This document shows, piece after piece, positions 10,726 through 22,290 of a stretch of 59,637 bases of DNA. The notes beneath the pieces are model-generated. The model worked only from the letters and a program-made list of their open reading frames with translations. It searched no databases and had not been told where the DNA came from. Positions within the stretch are counted from its first letter, which is position 1. Each line of letters starts with the position of its first letter. The position numbers and the translations under genes are program-made. The DNA is from Octopus bimaculoides (taxonomy: Eukaryota): assembly GCF_001194135.2 (NCBI RefSeq), contig NC_068997.1:8180526-8240162 (forward strand). Reading direction: 5' to 3'.

Positions 10726-11584
10726 ACAAATATTCTCTATTTGTAGTTAACAAGGCAACCATTGGTTTCATGCTGATAGAAATCTCTCAACAGTTATCAA
10801 AATTGTCACATTGGAACATTGGTACCTGCCTCCATCTTGGATGAGAATACACAACGCTACATGAGATTGTATGGGATTTGGGAATTAAAAAAAAAATATA
10901 CAGGTCATGGGAAGTAACTTATAGGAAAATCATAATTGTTGTCTCCCTTACTTTGGGCCTGGTATCTTTCTAATGGACTGCATTCACCATTTTATGTGAG
11001 CATGCTCGTTTTCATCCAAAGCTACAAATATAAATACATATACAGTTCTATATTTAATGTAAATAATGTATAAATACACATGTATGTGCACATGCCCATC
11101 TGTACAAAATAAAATATTTTGTATATTTCTCTCAGCATGAAACCAATGATTGTTTTGTTAACCTATAAAAAAAAGTATATATATATATATATATAAGATA
11201 GATGTACTGCTCATTCTCCCATCATATTCCCCAATGAGTAATTGTTACTCTAGACTCTAGTATATGGTAAATCTGTACTTTGTACAAGCTTATCAGATAT
11301 TTAGAGTAGAAGTATTTTCTCATCTTGAAAGAGAAACCTAACCTCTATGAAGCAGTTTTATTTTATATCATGTATTTCGTTAACAAAAGTGGCTTTGGTT
11401 ATACGTTTGCCACATGTCAGTGATTGGTTCATTGTACTTTTTGGTGTGAATAATCAGGAACTTTGTTCAGAAGCACAAGTTTATCAGTTTTTTTGTTTTT
11501 TTTTCTTTTATCGATGTTTACATCTTTTACCCATATACAGCAGTGAGCGATATACATATTCATACTTAGATAATGAGCTTACTG

Positions 11585-11813
11585 CCTCTTATCTTTTACT
11601 TGTCTTAGTCATTAGACTGCAGCCATGCTGGAGCACCACCTTGAAGAATTTTAGCCAAATAAATGGACCCCAGTACTATTTTTTAAGTCTGATATGTATC
11701 CTATCATTTCTTTTGCTGAACCACTAAGTTATAAGGGGATAAACACACCAGTTTTCAACCAGAAGTGGGGAACAATACAGACACGAAGACACACATAGTC
11801 ATACACATGCACT

Positions 11814-11884
<71 letters not shown>

Positions 11885-12200
11885 ACATACAACAGGCTTC
11901 TTTCAGATTCGGTCTATCAAATCCACTCACAAGGCTTTGGTTGACCTGAAGCTATAGCAGAAGACATTTGTCCAAGGTGCCACACTGTGGCACTGAACCT
12001 AGAACTTTGTGGTTGGGAAGTAAACGCCCTGCTACACAGACATGGCTGCATCTATCTTTACTACCACTCACAAAGTATTAGCCAACCTGAGGCTATGATA
12101 GGAGATACCTGCCCTCAGAGCTGTACAATGGGATTGAACTGACAACCACATAGTTGCAAGCCAAATTTCTTAACCATATAGATCTGCTTGTGCCTCAGTC
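11585..12200 (-). mobile_element. Near-full-length SINE family A (head, body, internal (TA)n/(CA)n, 3' part) plus an adjacent degenerate second copy
   Basis: Body 11893-12050, microsatellite 11815-11880, 3' part 11585-11800 (cttttacttg..tcagtcattagactgcagccatgctggagcacc), second copy 12055-12200. Confidence 0.75.
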
Positions 12201-13116
12201 TTGGCCAAGTGAAATGTATAGTGTTACCATGAGAGGTCATAAGAGATTATAAGATACAGCATTTTCACAGGTATGTGGTCTGAGCAGTGTGGTGTGTATG
12301 TAAGTTGGTTTGATAGTAACATGTATAACATTTGTGTTTCTGATGCTGCTGCAGGAAACTCAGACATCAAGTACCACTTGTAGGTTAGGAACAATAGTCT
12401 CAATTCAAGCCCAAATGTCCAATGAGGACATTTAAGATGAAATTTGGATTCAACAAATCCATATGTTTACTGCATTTACAGTAGAAAGAAGCAGAAAGGG
12501 TTTATTCATTAAACTTATGAAATAGGCTAACATTTCCAGTGTCACTGATCCTGATGTGGTTAATTTAAAATCAAGACTCCTTCTGTGAAGGAGGGTCTGG
12601 TAGAAGCAGTTCTATTTCTAAGAACAAGTCATTGGTAAATTTTGGATTGAGATTTTTCAACTTCTATTCTATAAATATAAAGTTTCTTTAATAAACCTTG
12701 CAAGGATTAATCTTTCAAATCTAGGACTATATTTTCTATATATAGTATATCTAGGACTGTGTTCTTACTCTTTTAAATGATGACATGTAAAGTGAGGAAG
12801 ATTTAACTGCTATGTTCAGACTCCCTTTGTAGCTTGCTCATAAACATGGTAGGTAAGGCACCTATTGATGAACAGAAATTGAACTGTTTGGAACAATGTT
12901 TCACAAAACAGAAGAGATAATGAGGTTAAAAGTCCAGTAGAGGTTGTTTAAACTATTCATTCTGTTATTTCAAATAATAATTCTTCTCATGAAATTAATC
13001 TAAGAAAAGCTATTTAAAACAACTCCCAAGTGACCCCTTTTTTTCTTTTCTTTGTTTACATTTAAAAGAAAAAAATTTTTTCTCTGTTTTAAGGTATTTG
13101 CTTTCATTCATTTCAG

Positions 13117-13227
13117 ATATTGTTGTGATGACAGGAGATTTAGTTGATGGCTCTGTGCAGAAGTTAAAAGATGCTGTGGCCCCAATGCAAGACATCAAAA
13201 GTGTCCATGGGAAGTTTTTCATAGCAG
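13117..13227 (+). CDS. TMPPE: TMPPE exon 2 (GDxxD motif)
   Basis: tttcAG|AT ATT GTT...(D)IVVMTGDLVDGSVQKLKDAVAPMQDIKSVHGKFFIA G|GTACAT; 111 nt, phase 1-1. Confidence 0.95.
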
Positions 13228-13418
13228 GTACATGACTCACAAAAAGGGTACTTAAGCTTTTCCATAACTAACAAAAAGCAAAAAAGGTGTTTAGTTGATT
13301 GCAATGGTTAGGGTTGGATGAAATGTGTTAATTTACCTCATCCTTCTATGTTCTGAGATTAAATTCTGCTGAATTCAAAGTTAAAAAAAATTTTTGGAAA
13401 TATTCACCAATATTTTTG

Positions 13419-13638
13419 TTCTATATTTGAGAGATGAGGAATTACATTATTTACATTGTCCTCATCTTGTTTGTTGTTAACACATTTCAGCTAATATACT
13501 CTCCAGCCTTCATCAGGTGTCTTGGGGAAATTTTGAACCTGGGTTCTCATTCCATAATTGCCCACGGGCATATGGCATAGTGGTTAAGAGCACGGGCTAC
13601 TAACCCCAAGATTCCGAGTTCGATTCCAGGCAGTGACC

Positions 13639-13679
<41 letters not shown>

Positions 13680-13815
13680 GAAAAATACCTTAGGTATGCA
13701 AACCCAGGTTCGAAATTTCCCCAAGAAACCTGATGAAGGCTGGAGGGTATATCAGCCGAAACATTGTGTTAACAACAAACAAGATGAGGACAAATATCCG
13801 TCGAATGTAAATAAC
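13419..13815 (+). mobile_element. tRNA(Arg)-headed SINE-like element with a hammerhead-bearing PLE-type tail and an inverted copy of that tail at its 5' end
   Basis: Inverted tail 13419-13553, tRNA-like head 13566-13638 (A box TGGCATAGTGG, B box GTTCGATTCC), (AAT)n 13641-13675, tail 13693-13815. Confidence 0.75.
13725..13770 (+). ncRNA. Degenerate minimal hammerhead motif
   Basis: gaaac CTGATGA A GGCTG gagggtatat CAGCC GAAA CATT GTGTT. The mirror copy at 13479-13521(-) has gacac in stem I but has lost the NUH triplet. Confidence 0.6.
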
Positions 13816-14426
13816 AGCAATATTTTTTATCTTATTTGCACAGAAATTTTAATCACATTTAGTTGTTGATTAATTCCTGTAAGCTCTAACCACGCAGAGT
13901 TATTGTTTGTTGGCGTCACACATGTGATACCAACAACCAATGAACTGTGTGAGATTAATAAATAGTTAGATTATAATAATGTCAGGAAAATTTTAATTTT
14001 TTACATTTAACTAAGACTTCATTGCATTGATTATGGCACTATTTTTAGTTAACTGTGTAAATTAGAAACAGTGGGGAGCTTTGTAATTAGCAGAAGAGGA
14101 TTCGTTATAACAGTTGCCAGGCAGTTAAAATGATATGAAGTTTAATAAGCTTTATTCAAAGCGCTCACAATGGTCTTTTTGGATGTTTGTGGTGTTTAAA
14201 TTGCAATAAAGCAGTGTTCATCAACAAAAGTAAGTCTAATATTCACTGTTCCAATGGTAACTCTTGAAGTTGTTCCAGCGAGAATGGTATCTTGCCTATG
14301 GCTTGATTATTCGTTTATAAGATGATTGCATGTAAAACTAATCAATAAATGTTAGGAATTAATCTTCTCTTTTATAATGCCTTCTTAAATCAGTTCCTTT
14401 CTGGTGAATAGGGACAAGTCCCATTA

Positions 14427-14670
14427 TCATCATCATTATTTAGCATCCATCTTCCATGCTGGCATGGGTTGGACAGATTGACTGGAGCTGACAAGGCCAA
14501 GGGAATGCCAGATTCCATAGTCAGTTTTGGCTTGATTTCTACAGCTGGATGCCCTTCCTAATACCAATCACTTTACAGAATGTATTGGGTGCTTTTTACA
14601 TGACACCATCTCCAGTGTTCTTTACATGGCACCAGCACCAATGCTTGTTACATGGCACCAGCACCAGTGC
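14427..14670 (-). mobile_element. RTE 3' UTR copy
   Basis: Same 3' UTR motifs as 45397-45628, reverse strand. Confidence 0.8.
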
Positions 14671-15931
14671 TTTTTTCAATCTGAAACATGATTCAGTAAC
14701 AAACCATTTTCAATGGAATGTGTGATGGGAAGTTTGTTGTAACTACATATTCATATCTAAATCAAAACTTTTTTCTTTTATTGTATTTTATTATTTTATG
14801 TAAGAACATCTTACCATGTTCCAAACACCAATGTTTGATAAACCAATAAATAAGAAAAAAGTTGTATATTTTATTAAATCCTTCCAAATTCTTGTTTATT
14901 TTCAAAATTAATTGAAACATACTTAGTATATTTCAGTAGAAATACAATCAGAAAGGGTTTAAATTAATTAACTAATAACATATGTAGAATGTCCCAAACA
15001 CTTGTATAATCAACTGTACTTTAATAAAAATGGGCAATTCACAAACAATACTCCTGCTTATGAAGTCTTTATTTCAAGACCTCTGTGAATTTATATTTCT
15101 TTGTCTATTGTCAGATGATCACATCAACCACTTCCTTTCTATGAGTGCCAGACTGCATACAATGGCAAGTTCCAACTCTGTATTACATACATTCAGCAGT
15201 GAAATGGACTGGCCATTTGAGAATCAAGTCTTCAATGCAGTGCTGTTAGAAACAACATAAACTGGTGACTCTTTTGGTTGGTTATCAACATCATCACAAC
15301 CATCATTTTGTATTTTCTTTTTCATGCTGGAATCAGTTGGATAGATCTCTCCCAGCATCTTGCCACATGTTGTTGCTCTCATCAAATGTACACACAACAA
15401 CAAAGAAAGCCAGAAAACTTTGTGATTGTATAGTTTCTTTCTTTCCTTTTACATGCTTTTTTTTTTATATAGTTGGATACCCTCTTATCACTAGCCATTT
15501 TACAGTGCTGACTGATAGCATTTTTATCATGCCACTGACACTAAAAGGGTTGTTTGCAGAGAAACTAGAATCCCCTTCAGCCCTGTATCAGTTCTGATTT
15601 AAAGTTACTGCAGATTGTAGAATCCACATCTCCTCTAAGTATTCTTTCCATTTTTTCTGGTACTCATAGCAATGCAACTATTTACACTATCTTTTGGAAT
15701 ATGAAGAAATTAAAAATCCTAGCACACTTAGAAAATATTGCCCCAATGCTAATACCTATAGAGTGTGTAATGATAAATCTTGTTTTTTATACGGTAAGTT
15801 TTTCTCTCTCATCTACTGAATGTAATAATGTGTATATTGCTTTTAGTTAAAGTAGGTACTTTTATTTGACCTTTGCTCCTAACCTCACTTGCCTATTAAA
15901 TTAGTTTTTGTTGTTTTTTTTATGTTACCAG

Positions 15932-16100
15932 GAAACCATGAATATTATACTGGGGATGTTGACAATTGGTATAATCACATGAAGGAACTTGGTTACATTG
16001 TATTACACAATACCAACATCAAACTTCCTCGCACTGGTGTGAAAGCAGCTCAGCAGTTTTGTTTGGCTGGAGTTGATGACATTGATGCTGTTCACTTGGG
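15932..16100 (+). CDS. TMPPE: TMPPE exon 3 (GNHE motif)
   Basis: ttaccAG|GA AAC CAT GAA: (G)NHEYYTGDVDNWYNHMKELGYIVLHNTNIK...FCLAGVDDIDAVHL GG|GTAAG; 169 nt, phase 1-2. Confidence 0.96.
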
Positions 16101-16170
16101 GTAAGATTCAGTTCATTTTAGCTCCTTTGTTGGTGAGCAAGCAAAACTATGGACAAGGATATTCTAGCAG

Positions 16171-16566
16171 CTGCCTGACTGGTTCCCGTGCCAGTCACAT
16201 GTAAAAAGCACCATTGAAGCATGGTCGATGCCAGTGCCAGCTGACTGATCCCATGCCAGTGGCATATAGAAAGCACCATTCAAGCGTGGTCAATGCTAGT
16301 GCCAGCCGACAGGCTCCCATGCCGGCGGCACGTAAAAAGCACCATTCAAGCGTGGCCAATGCCAGTACTGCCTGACTGGCCCTCATGTCAGTGGCATGTA
16401 AAAAGCACCCACTACACTCTCAGAATGGTTGGCATTAGGAAAGGCAACCAGCTGTAGAAACTTTGCCAGATCAGACTGAAACCTGGTACAGCCTTCTGGC
16501 TTGCCTATCCTCAGTTAAACCGTCCAACCCATGCCAGCATGGAAAGCAGGCATTAAACAATGATGA
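16171..16566 (+). mobile_element. RTE 3' UTR copy with internal about 66-bp tandem units
   Basis: Three units containing gcacgtaaaaagcaccattcaagcgtgg, then ttggcattaggaaaggc...ccatgccagcatggaaagc...tgatga. Confidence 0.85.
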
Positions 16567-16859
16567 ACTATAATGTCTAATGTGTCCTTCTCTTAAGATG
16601 TAGTTGTAACTTTTAGCAGGTTCGATAGTCACTAAGACGTTCTCTTGTTGATGGGTTTGTCCCGTTCTAAGCAGATGAAGCTTCTGAAGTTTTCTTTTTA
16701 TCTTGTTTCAAATGATGAAGTGAATCCTAGCTAGGCTACTACATTTATCTAATAACAAAGAACTACTTATTTAGTGAGTGGAGTGTTGAACTAATTATTA
16801 AACTGGCATAGTTTTGTGGTGTCAAAAAAGAATTTAGTAAGTTTGCAGTGTCCAGATTT

Positions 16860-17165
16860 CATCATCGTCATCATTGTTTTAACATCTGCCTTCCATGCTG
16901 GCATGGGTTGGACAGTTTGACAGGAGCTGGCCAGGCAGAAGCCTGCACCAGACTTCTTAGCATACTTCTGTATCTGTTTTAGCATGGTTTTCTTATGGGT
17001 GGATGCCCTTCCTAACACCAACCACCCTGCAGAATGGACTGGGTGCATTTTACATGGCACCAGCACAGGTGAGGCCAGTTTTGGCATGGTTTTTACAGCC
17101 GGATGCCATTCTAAATGCCAAACATTTTGCAGTGTGGACTGGATGCTTTTTATGTGGCACCAGCC
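16860..17165 (-). mobile_element. RTE 3' UTR copy
   Basis: (CAT) tail then ccttccatgctggcatgggttggacag. Confidence 0.85.
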
Positions 17166-17901
17166 CTGACAGGTTCACCAAGTAACTTGCAAGACAGGGA
17201 ATCTTTGAGGAGGAGGGGATCTTGTGTCAGATGATGAAAGGGTAGAGTGTGACAGAGAAAGTTAATAAGAAAGAAGAAGAAACAGGTGTGTTGCTGTAAA
17301 GTAGATACATGGTTACCTAACCAGAGGGAATAACAAGAGAAGGGGAGAGAGAGATGGTGGCAAAGCACCAGAGTATACTCACAAGGAACGGAGATCGGAA
17401 TATATGGGATGGTAGAGTAAAGAAGAGAGAGAGATAAACAATGGCAAGTGCTTGGGCATACCCTCAAGGTGTGGGGGTCATAATATATGTGACACAATCA
17501 TCATCACCATCAATATTTATCATCTTCTATTTTTATCATTTTTTTTTTCTTTTCTCCTGTTTACAATGATGGGTTGGCCATGTCTTCATAGATATCATCT
17601 TCTCTGATTGCATATTGCTTCATTTCTGAAGATCAGTTTTATTATGATGTAATATTATCGAAAGATGTCCATATGATGAAGGATATTTGGTATGTAATGA
17701 GATTGACTCAGAGTCACCTGTTGCACTCCAGTCATCATTTGTAGTTTAAAACCGAAACCTGAGCTTAGACTCAATATAGCAAGACGTAGTAGACTGACTT
17801 GAAACTCAACATTGTTTTATCTTGTATACACAGCTCAGAAGCACAATTGCCACCAGCAGATTTGAATTGATGTTATCTTATCAAGTTGTCCAATACCTTA
17901 A

Positions 17902-18121
17902 CCCTTTAGCGTTCAAATTAATATGTCAAAAGTAATCCTTATTCATTTACATTTTTAAAAATTAATCCGGTATTATCTTGTAGCTTCAAGAGTTGAAAGA
18001 TGTAATTGTTTATTTTTAGAATGACATTGTAGGGTAGGTGTGAGATGCTGGTTCTGGCCAGTTTGAGCATAAAATGAGTAGAACATTTGGGCCGGATGTA
18101 GCCGGTTTAAACACTAAAGGG
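17902..18121. mobile_element. piggyBac-type MITE
   Basis: TTAA|CCCTTTAGCGTTCAAA ... TTTAAACACTAAAGGG|TTAA; 16-bp TIR with 2 mismatches, TTAA TSD. Confidence 0.8.
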
Positions 18122-18268
18122 TTAATATACTTAGTTTTCTTGCTCCTTCAAGAATGCTTACATGCACCAAAAGCCTTCATGAGAAATTCTCTCATGCTAA
18201 CAACATCCACTTTTATGTGAGGATAAATATGTCGTTAATAATTATATTTTAAACTCTGTTATATTAAC

Positions 18269-18600
18269 ATCATTATCATTCAACGTCCGTTTTCCATGCT
18301 GGCATGGGTTGGACAGTCTGACTGGAGACTGGCAAGCTAGGAGGCCGTACCAGGCTCCAATTTGATCTGGCAATGTTTCTACGGCTGGATGCTCTTCCTA
18401 ACGTCAACCACTCTGAGAGTGTAGTAGGAGCCTTTTTACGTACTACCAGCACAGGAGCCAGTCGGGGCAGGGGCGCTGGCATCGGCCATGTTTGGATGAT
18501 GCTTTTTACATGCCACCGGCACAGGGAGCCAGTCAGGCAGCTCTGGCAGCGAGCCACGCATGAATGAATGGTGCTTATCATGTGCCACCAGCACTGGTAA
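18269..18600 (-). mobile_element. RTE 3' UTR copy
   Basis: caacgtccgttttccatgctggcatgggttggacag...ctggatgctcttcctaacg. Confidence 0.85.
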
Positions 18601-19190
18601 TGGCCGCAACTACAATTTCCATTTGATTGTGATTGGTGTTGAGCAGTTGAAAACTAAACCTTATTCGTATCAGGATACCAGTCACTCGTTAAAGATGAAC
18701 ATCTAACAGGAAAGTATTATTCTGAAACTAATTAGAATGATATATTTATTTATTATTTTATATCACTGTTTGTGAAGAAGAAGCTCCATTGTTAGTAAGT
18801 TTCCAAAAGGCCAATCACTGGTCTGTCGTCTCTTCAACTGCAAAAGTCATGTGGTAATCATCTAACATGATGCAAGGAACATTGTTAGTAAAGCACCACA
18901 TGTTTTTTTCATTTTAATTGTTGATGTTTATAGAAGATAAAGGGTATACCACATACACATGTAATGGTCTTCTGCACAGTTCCTGCCTACCAAATTCCAC
19001 TCGTATTGTTAGTTAACCTGAGACTGTGTGCTGCATAGTTCCATGTTAGATTGTCATTGTTAACAAGAGACTAGCATCGTTACGGGGAACAAGATTCTTT
19101 TAACTGCACCAAAAAATCGTTTGTATTTGGAGTTGACAGTATAGCAGCTTTTGGTTTCCATGTGAGTTCTGGGTTCCTCCAGCTACTTAA

Positions 19191-19710
19191 CCCCATGACA
19201 ACGATTCTTTATCAGGCAACGAGATCAGCAATTAATACACGACAATGGTTTGGCATATATTTACATCAACCGCTTTAAAGCCTGCATTGTTTATTTATGC
19301 AAACTGTCATCAGTGTGAGGACCATAAATTCAATGAAACTGGCATGGCTGGATGCAACTGTAAATTCCATGAAGAACCAGAAGAATTTGCTGAATGTGTA
19401 TAAATTTGGTAGGAAATCATAGTGGAAATGGTGGTGTAACTGCCAAAGCTGTTGCTTTTATACTATTGTGGTGAGGAAGTCTCGAACTGAGTTGGAATTA
19501 TTTACATGAAGAATCTAATAAACCTATCAGATTCCTTGAAATTTGCATGGTGGCCTCTGTTATTGATTCCATGAGTGATAGCAGATATTTATATCAACTG
19601 GTACACAAACAGGTACAAAATCACAGCAGATAGGGCTGCCTATATTTTTGTCATTTGATTCAAAGCGAGTACACAGCACACGTAAATTTACATCAACCAA
19701 TGTTATGGGG
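19191..19710. mobile_element. piggyBac-type non-autonomous element
   Basis: TTAA|CCCCATGACA ... TGTTATGGGG|TTAA; internal direct repeat tttacatcaacc near both ends. Confidence 0.6.
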
Positions 19711-19984
19711 TTAATGGTAGGCACCACTAGCCCTTTAAGGGAACTACATAGTTATAGTCATGTCTGACCCTTATGAAATTTTAAAATTGCTTCCTGGTTT
19801 CAAATCAACATCTTCATTGTTTAACATCTACTTTTCCATACATGCATGGGCCAGACGGAATTGGTCAAGGCCAGTTTTCCACATCCAGATGCACTTCATT
19901 CTGCACACCATTTCTATTTTGGTGCTGCTCATTTACAATTAACACATGATGCAAACTAAGGTACACGCACACATGCATACTATA

Positions 19985-20136
19985 AGCTGCTTTCATTTTC
20001 TTCCACCAAATCCACTCACAAAGTTTTGGTCAGCCCATGGCTATAGTAGAAGACACTTGCCCAAAGTGCTACACAGTGGGACTGGACTTGAAACCACATG
20101 GTTAGGAAATAAGTTTCTTTGCCACACAGCCATGCC
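19985..20136 (-). mobile_element. SINE family A copy ending about 40 bp upstream of the exon 4 acceptor
   Basis: Reverse complement of the family A body and head. Confidence 0.8.
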
Positions 20137-20179
20137 AGCATCTTCATTTTCCTAAATATTCATGTTGTTGTTGTTGCAG

Positions 20180-20319
20180 CTACCATGGTCATGGCCCTGA
20201 TATCGATGCAGCTTTGTCCAGCTGTGATCCCACGCAACCAGTTGTCGTACTTGCACATCAACCCAGAGTAGCCAAAACAATTCTAGATTCTTCTTACAGA
20301 GTTGACTTAATCTTATCAG
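20180..20319 (+). CDS. TMPPE: TMPPE exon 4 (AHQP motif)
   Basis: ttgcAG|C TAC CAT: (G)YHGHGPDIDAALSSCDPTQPVVVLAHQPRVAKTILDSSYRVDLILS G|GTGGGT; 140 nt, phase 2-1. Confidence 0.95.
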
Positions 20320-20656
20320 GTGGGTATAAAAATATCATCTTTGTGTCCTTTTGTTTTTTGTTGTCTTTTTCGTTTTGTTTTTTGTTGTTGTCTTTTTCGT
20401 TTTGTTTTTTATTGTTTTTTTTGTCATCAAGGAAATTAAATGGCTAAAACAGCAACATAAAACTGAATGTTTTGCAGCATCTAATTACATAATCATGTGT
20501 TCTGTGTTCAAATCCTGGTGCAGTTAACTTTTGATTTTTATTCCATTTCTATTATCAATTAAATAAATCCATTCAATAGACTAATTGCACTGATTATCCT
20601 CTTCTTCCAAAATTTCAGGCCTTGTGCCTAAAGTAGAAATGCTTGTTGCAATGATG

Positions 20657-20686
<30 letters not shown>

Positions 20687-20689
<3 letters not shown>

Positions 20690-20810
20690 TAGTTTTATTT
20701 TTATAACGTGCTTTCACTTCTACCGAGCGCAGCTCTGTGTGCCTTGGGTATGTGCTGTGCTTTTATGGTTACTGTATTGAAAGTGTTTTACGTAGGATGT
20801 GTGCAGTGCC
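20687..20810 (-). mobile_element. Extreme 3' end of an RLE-type (R4/Dong-like) non-LTR element
   Basis: - strand encodes GTAHILRKTLSIQ* plus a short 3' UTR; flanked on both sides by (TAA)n. Confidence 0.6.
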
Positions 20811-20877
20811 TATTATTATCATCATCATCATTATTATTATTATTATTGTTATTACTATTATTATTATCATTATTATT

Positions 20878-21212
20878 TGATGAAGACTGTCAGCTTCTTT
20901 TGCTTGGTACGATGGAAAAGTGTCAGCTGTCCGCAGCCAGCAGACTAAGGTGACACTTGTTTACTGGTCATGCTTCAAGGACCCTGCCAAGAATTCTTGC
21001 AGTTCCAAGCAATACCGATTTTTGTAGGTGTTCTATCTTTACATTTGTACCAGTTTTTTGAGCCGTGTTGGTAGCTGAGAGTTCCAAGAGCACCAATTAC
21101 TACTGGTACCATGTCCACTCTCTTCATTGCCCACAACCTGTATATTTCCCATTTCAAATTGTCATAGTTGCTCAAATTATTACATCCACTCTCTTTGTTG
21201 CCCACAATCAGC
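20878..21212 (-). mobile_element. 3' fragment of a second RLE-type (R4/Dong/HERO-like) non-LTR element
   Basis: YDNLKWEIYRLWAMKRVDMVPVVIGALG, then after a frameshift EHLQKSALLGTARILGRVLEA*; bounded by (TAA)n-type repeats. Confidence 0.8.
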
Positions 21213-21226
21213 ATTATTATTATTAT

Positions 21227-21259
<33 letters not shown>

Positions 21260-21339
21260 CAGCAGCAGCAGCAGCACTAGTAATAGTAAGGCAGCAAACT
21301 GATGGAATTGTTGGCATGTGGGACAAAATGCTTTGCCTT

Positions 21340-21445
21340 TCATCCTTTTGGGATCGATAAAATAAATACCAGTTAAGCACTGGGGTCAATGTAATCAACT
21401 TATCTCTCCCTCCAAATTGCTGGCCTTGTGCCAAAACGTGAAACC
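21340..21445 (+). mobile_element. SINE family B partial
   Basis: gcctttcatccttttgggatcgataaaataaataccagttaagcactggggtcaatgtaatc. Further partial copies at about 20500-20645, 21530-21570 and 28720-28870. Confidence 0.7.
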
Positions 21446-22089
21446 ATTATCATTTTTCATATCTGGATGCTGGATGGTAGAAACTGTAGTGAGACTAAAT
21501 ACATGTATTTAGTTATGTCCCCTTATACTTTGAGTTCAAATCCTGCCAAGTTTAACTTTGCTTTTATCTTTTTAGCATCAAAGGAAAAAATACCTGTGAC
21601 CCCTCACCTAGAAATGTGTGACTTGGTGACTACAAAGAAACTATCATTATTGCTATGGTCCTTATCAATGTTATCATGATGCATAATCTAGAGAAGATGA
21701 TATTGATAACAAATCCCATCAGCTCATCTATCCTGTCATGGGTTGGACAGGTTTCCTGACTCAGTGTTTCTGACCAGATGCTCTTCCCTTCACCAACCCT
21801 TTTAATCATGTCGTATGACTACATGAATATAGTGTATTTATCCTAAAACTGGATATGAGGATAACTAACTGTAATATAATAAATATTATTCGATTAATAT
21901 TTAGGATCCCTGGTTTTCACTTAAGTGGCCTAGGTACAGTTTCAAGCTAGAAAACCCTTTATATAAATCTGTGAGGGAGACTTTTTACACAGTTATTTGG
22001 CTTGTTAGAAATAAAAACCAGTTCACATGTTAACGTCGTAAAGAAAAGAAAGGGAGATAATGCTATGAATAAAAAACAAAAAAAAGTAT

Positions 22090-22257
22090 CCAGTACACTC
22101 TGTAAAACGGCTGGCATCAGGAAGAGCATTCAGTAATAGTAAGCTTGCCATAGTAACCATCGCAGCCCTTAGGTTAGTCAGATCATCCTGTCAAGCCATC
22201 CAACTCATGCCAGCATGGAATATGGATGTTAAATGACTAGTATGGTGATGGTGATTA

Positions 22258-22290
<33 letters not shown>

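Noticed and set aside
13087-13116. Alternative acceptor ttttAAG at 13093 before exon 2
   Set aside because: It would add 23 nt and shift the frame; the 13116 acceptor restores the PD-IVV motif.
13566-13638. Functional tRNA gene
   Set aside because: The acceptor stem pairs poorly, the apparent anticodon ACT is atypical, and it is followed by (AAT)n and a repeat tail rather than an oligo-T terminator. Treated as a SINE head.
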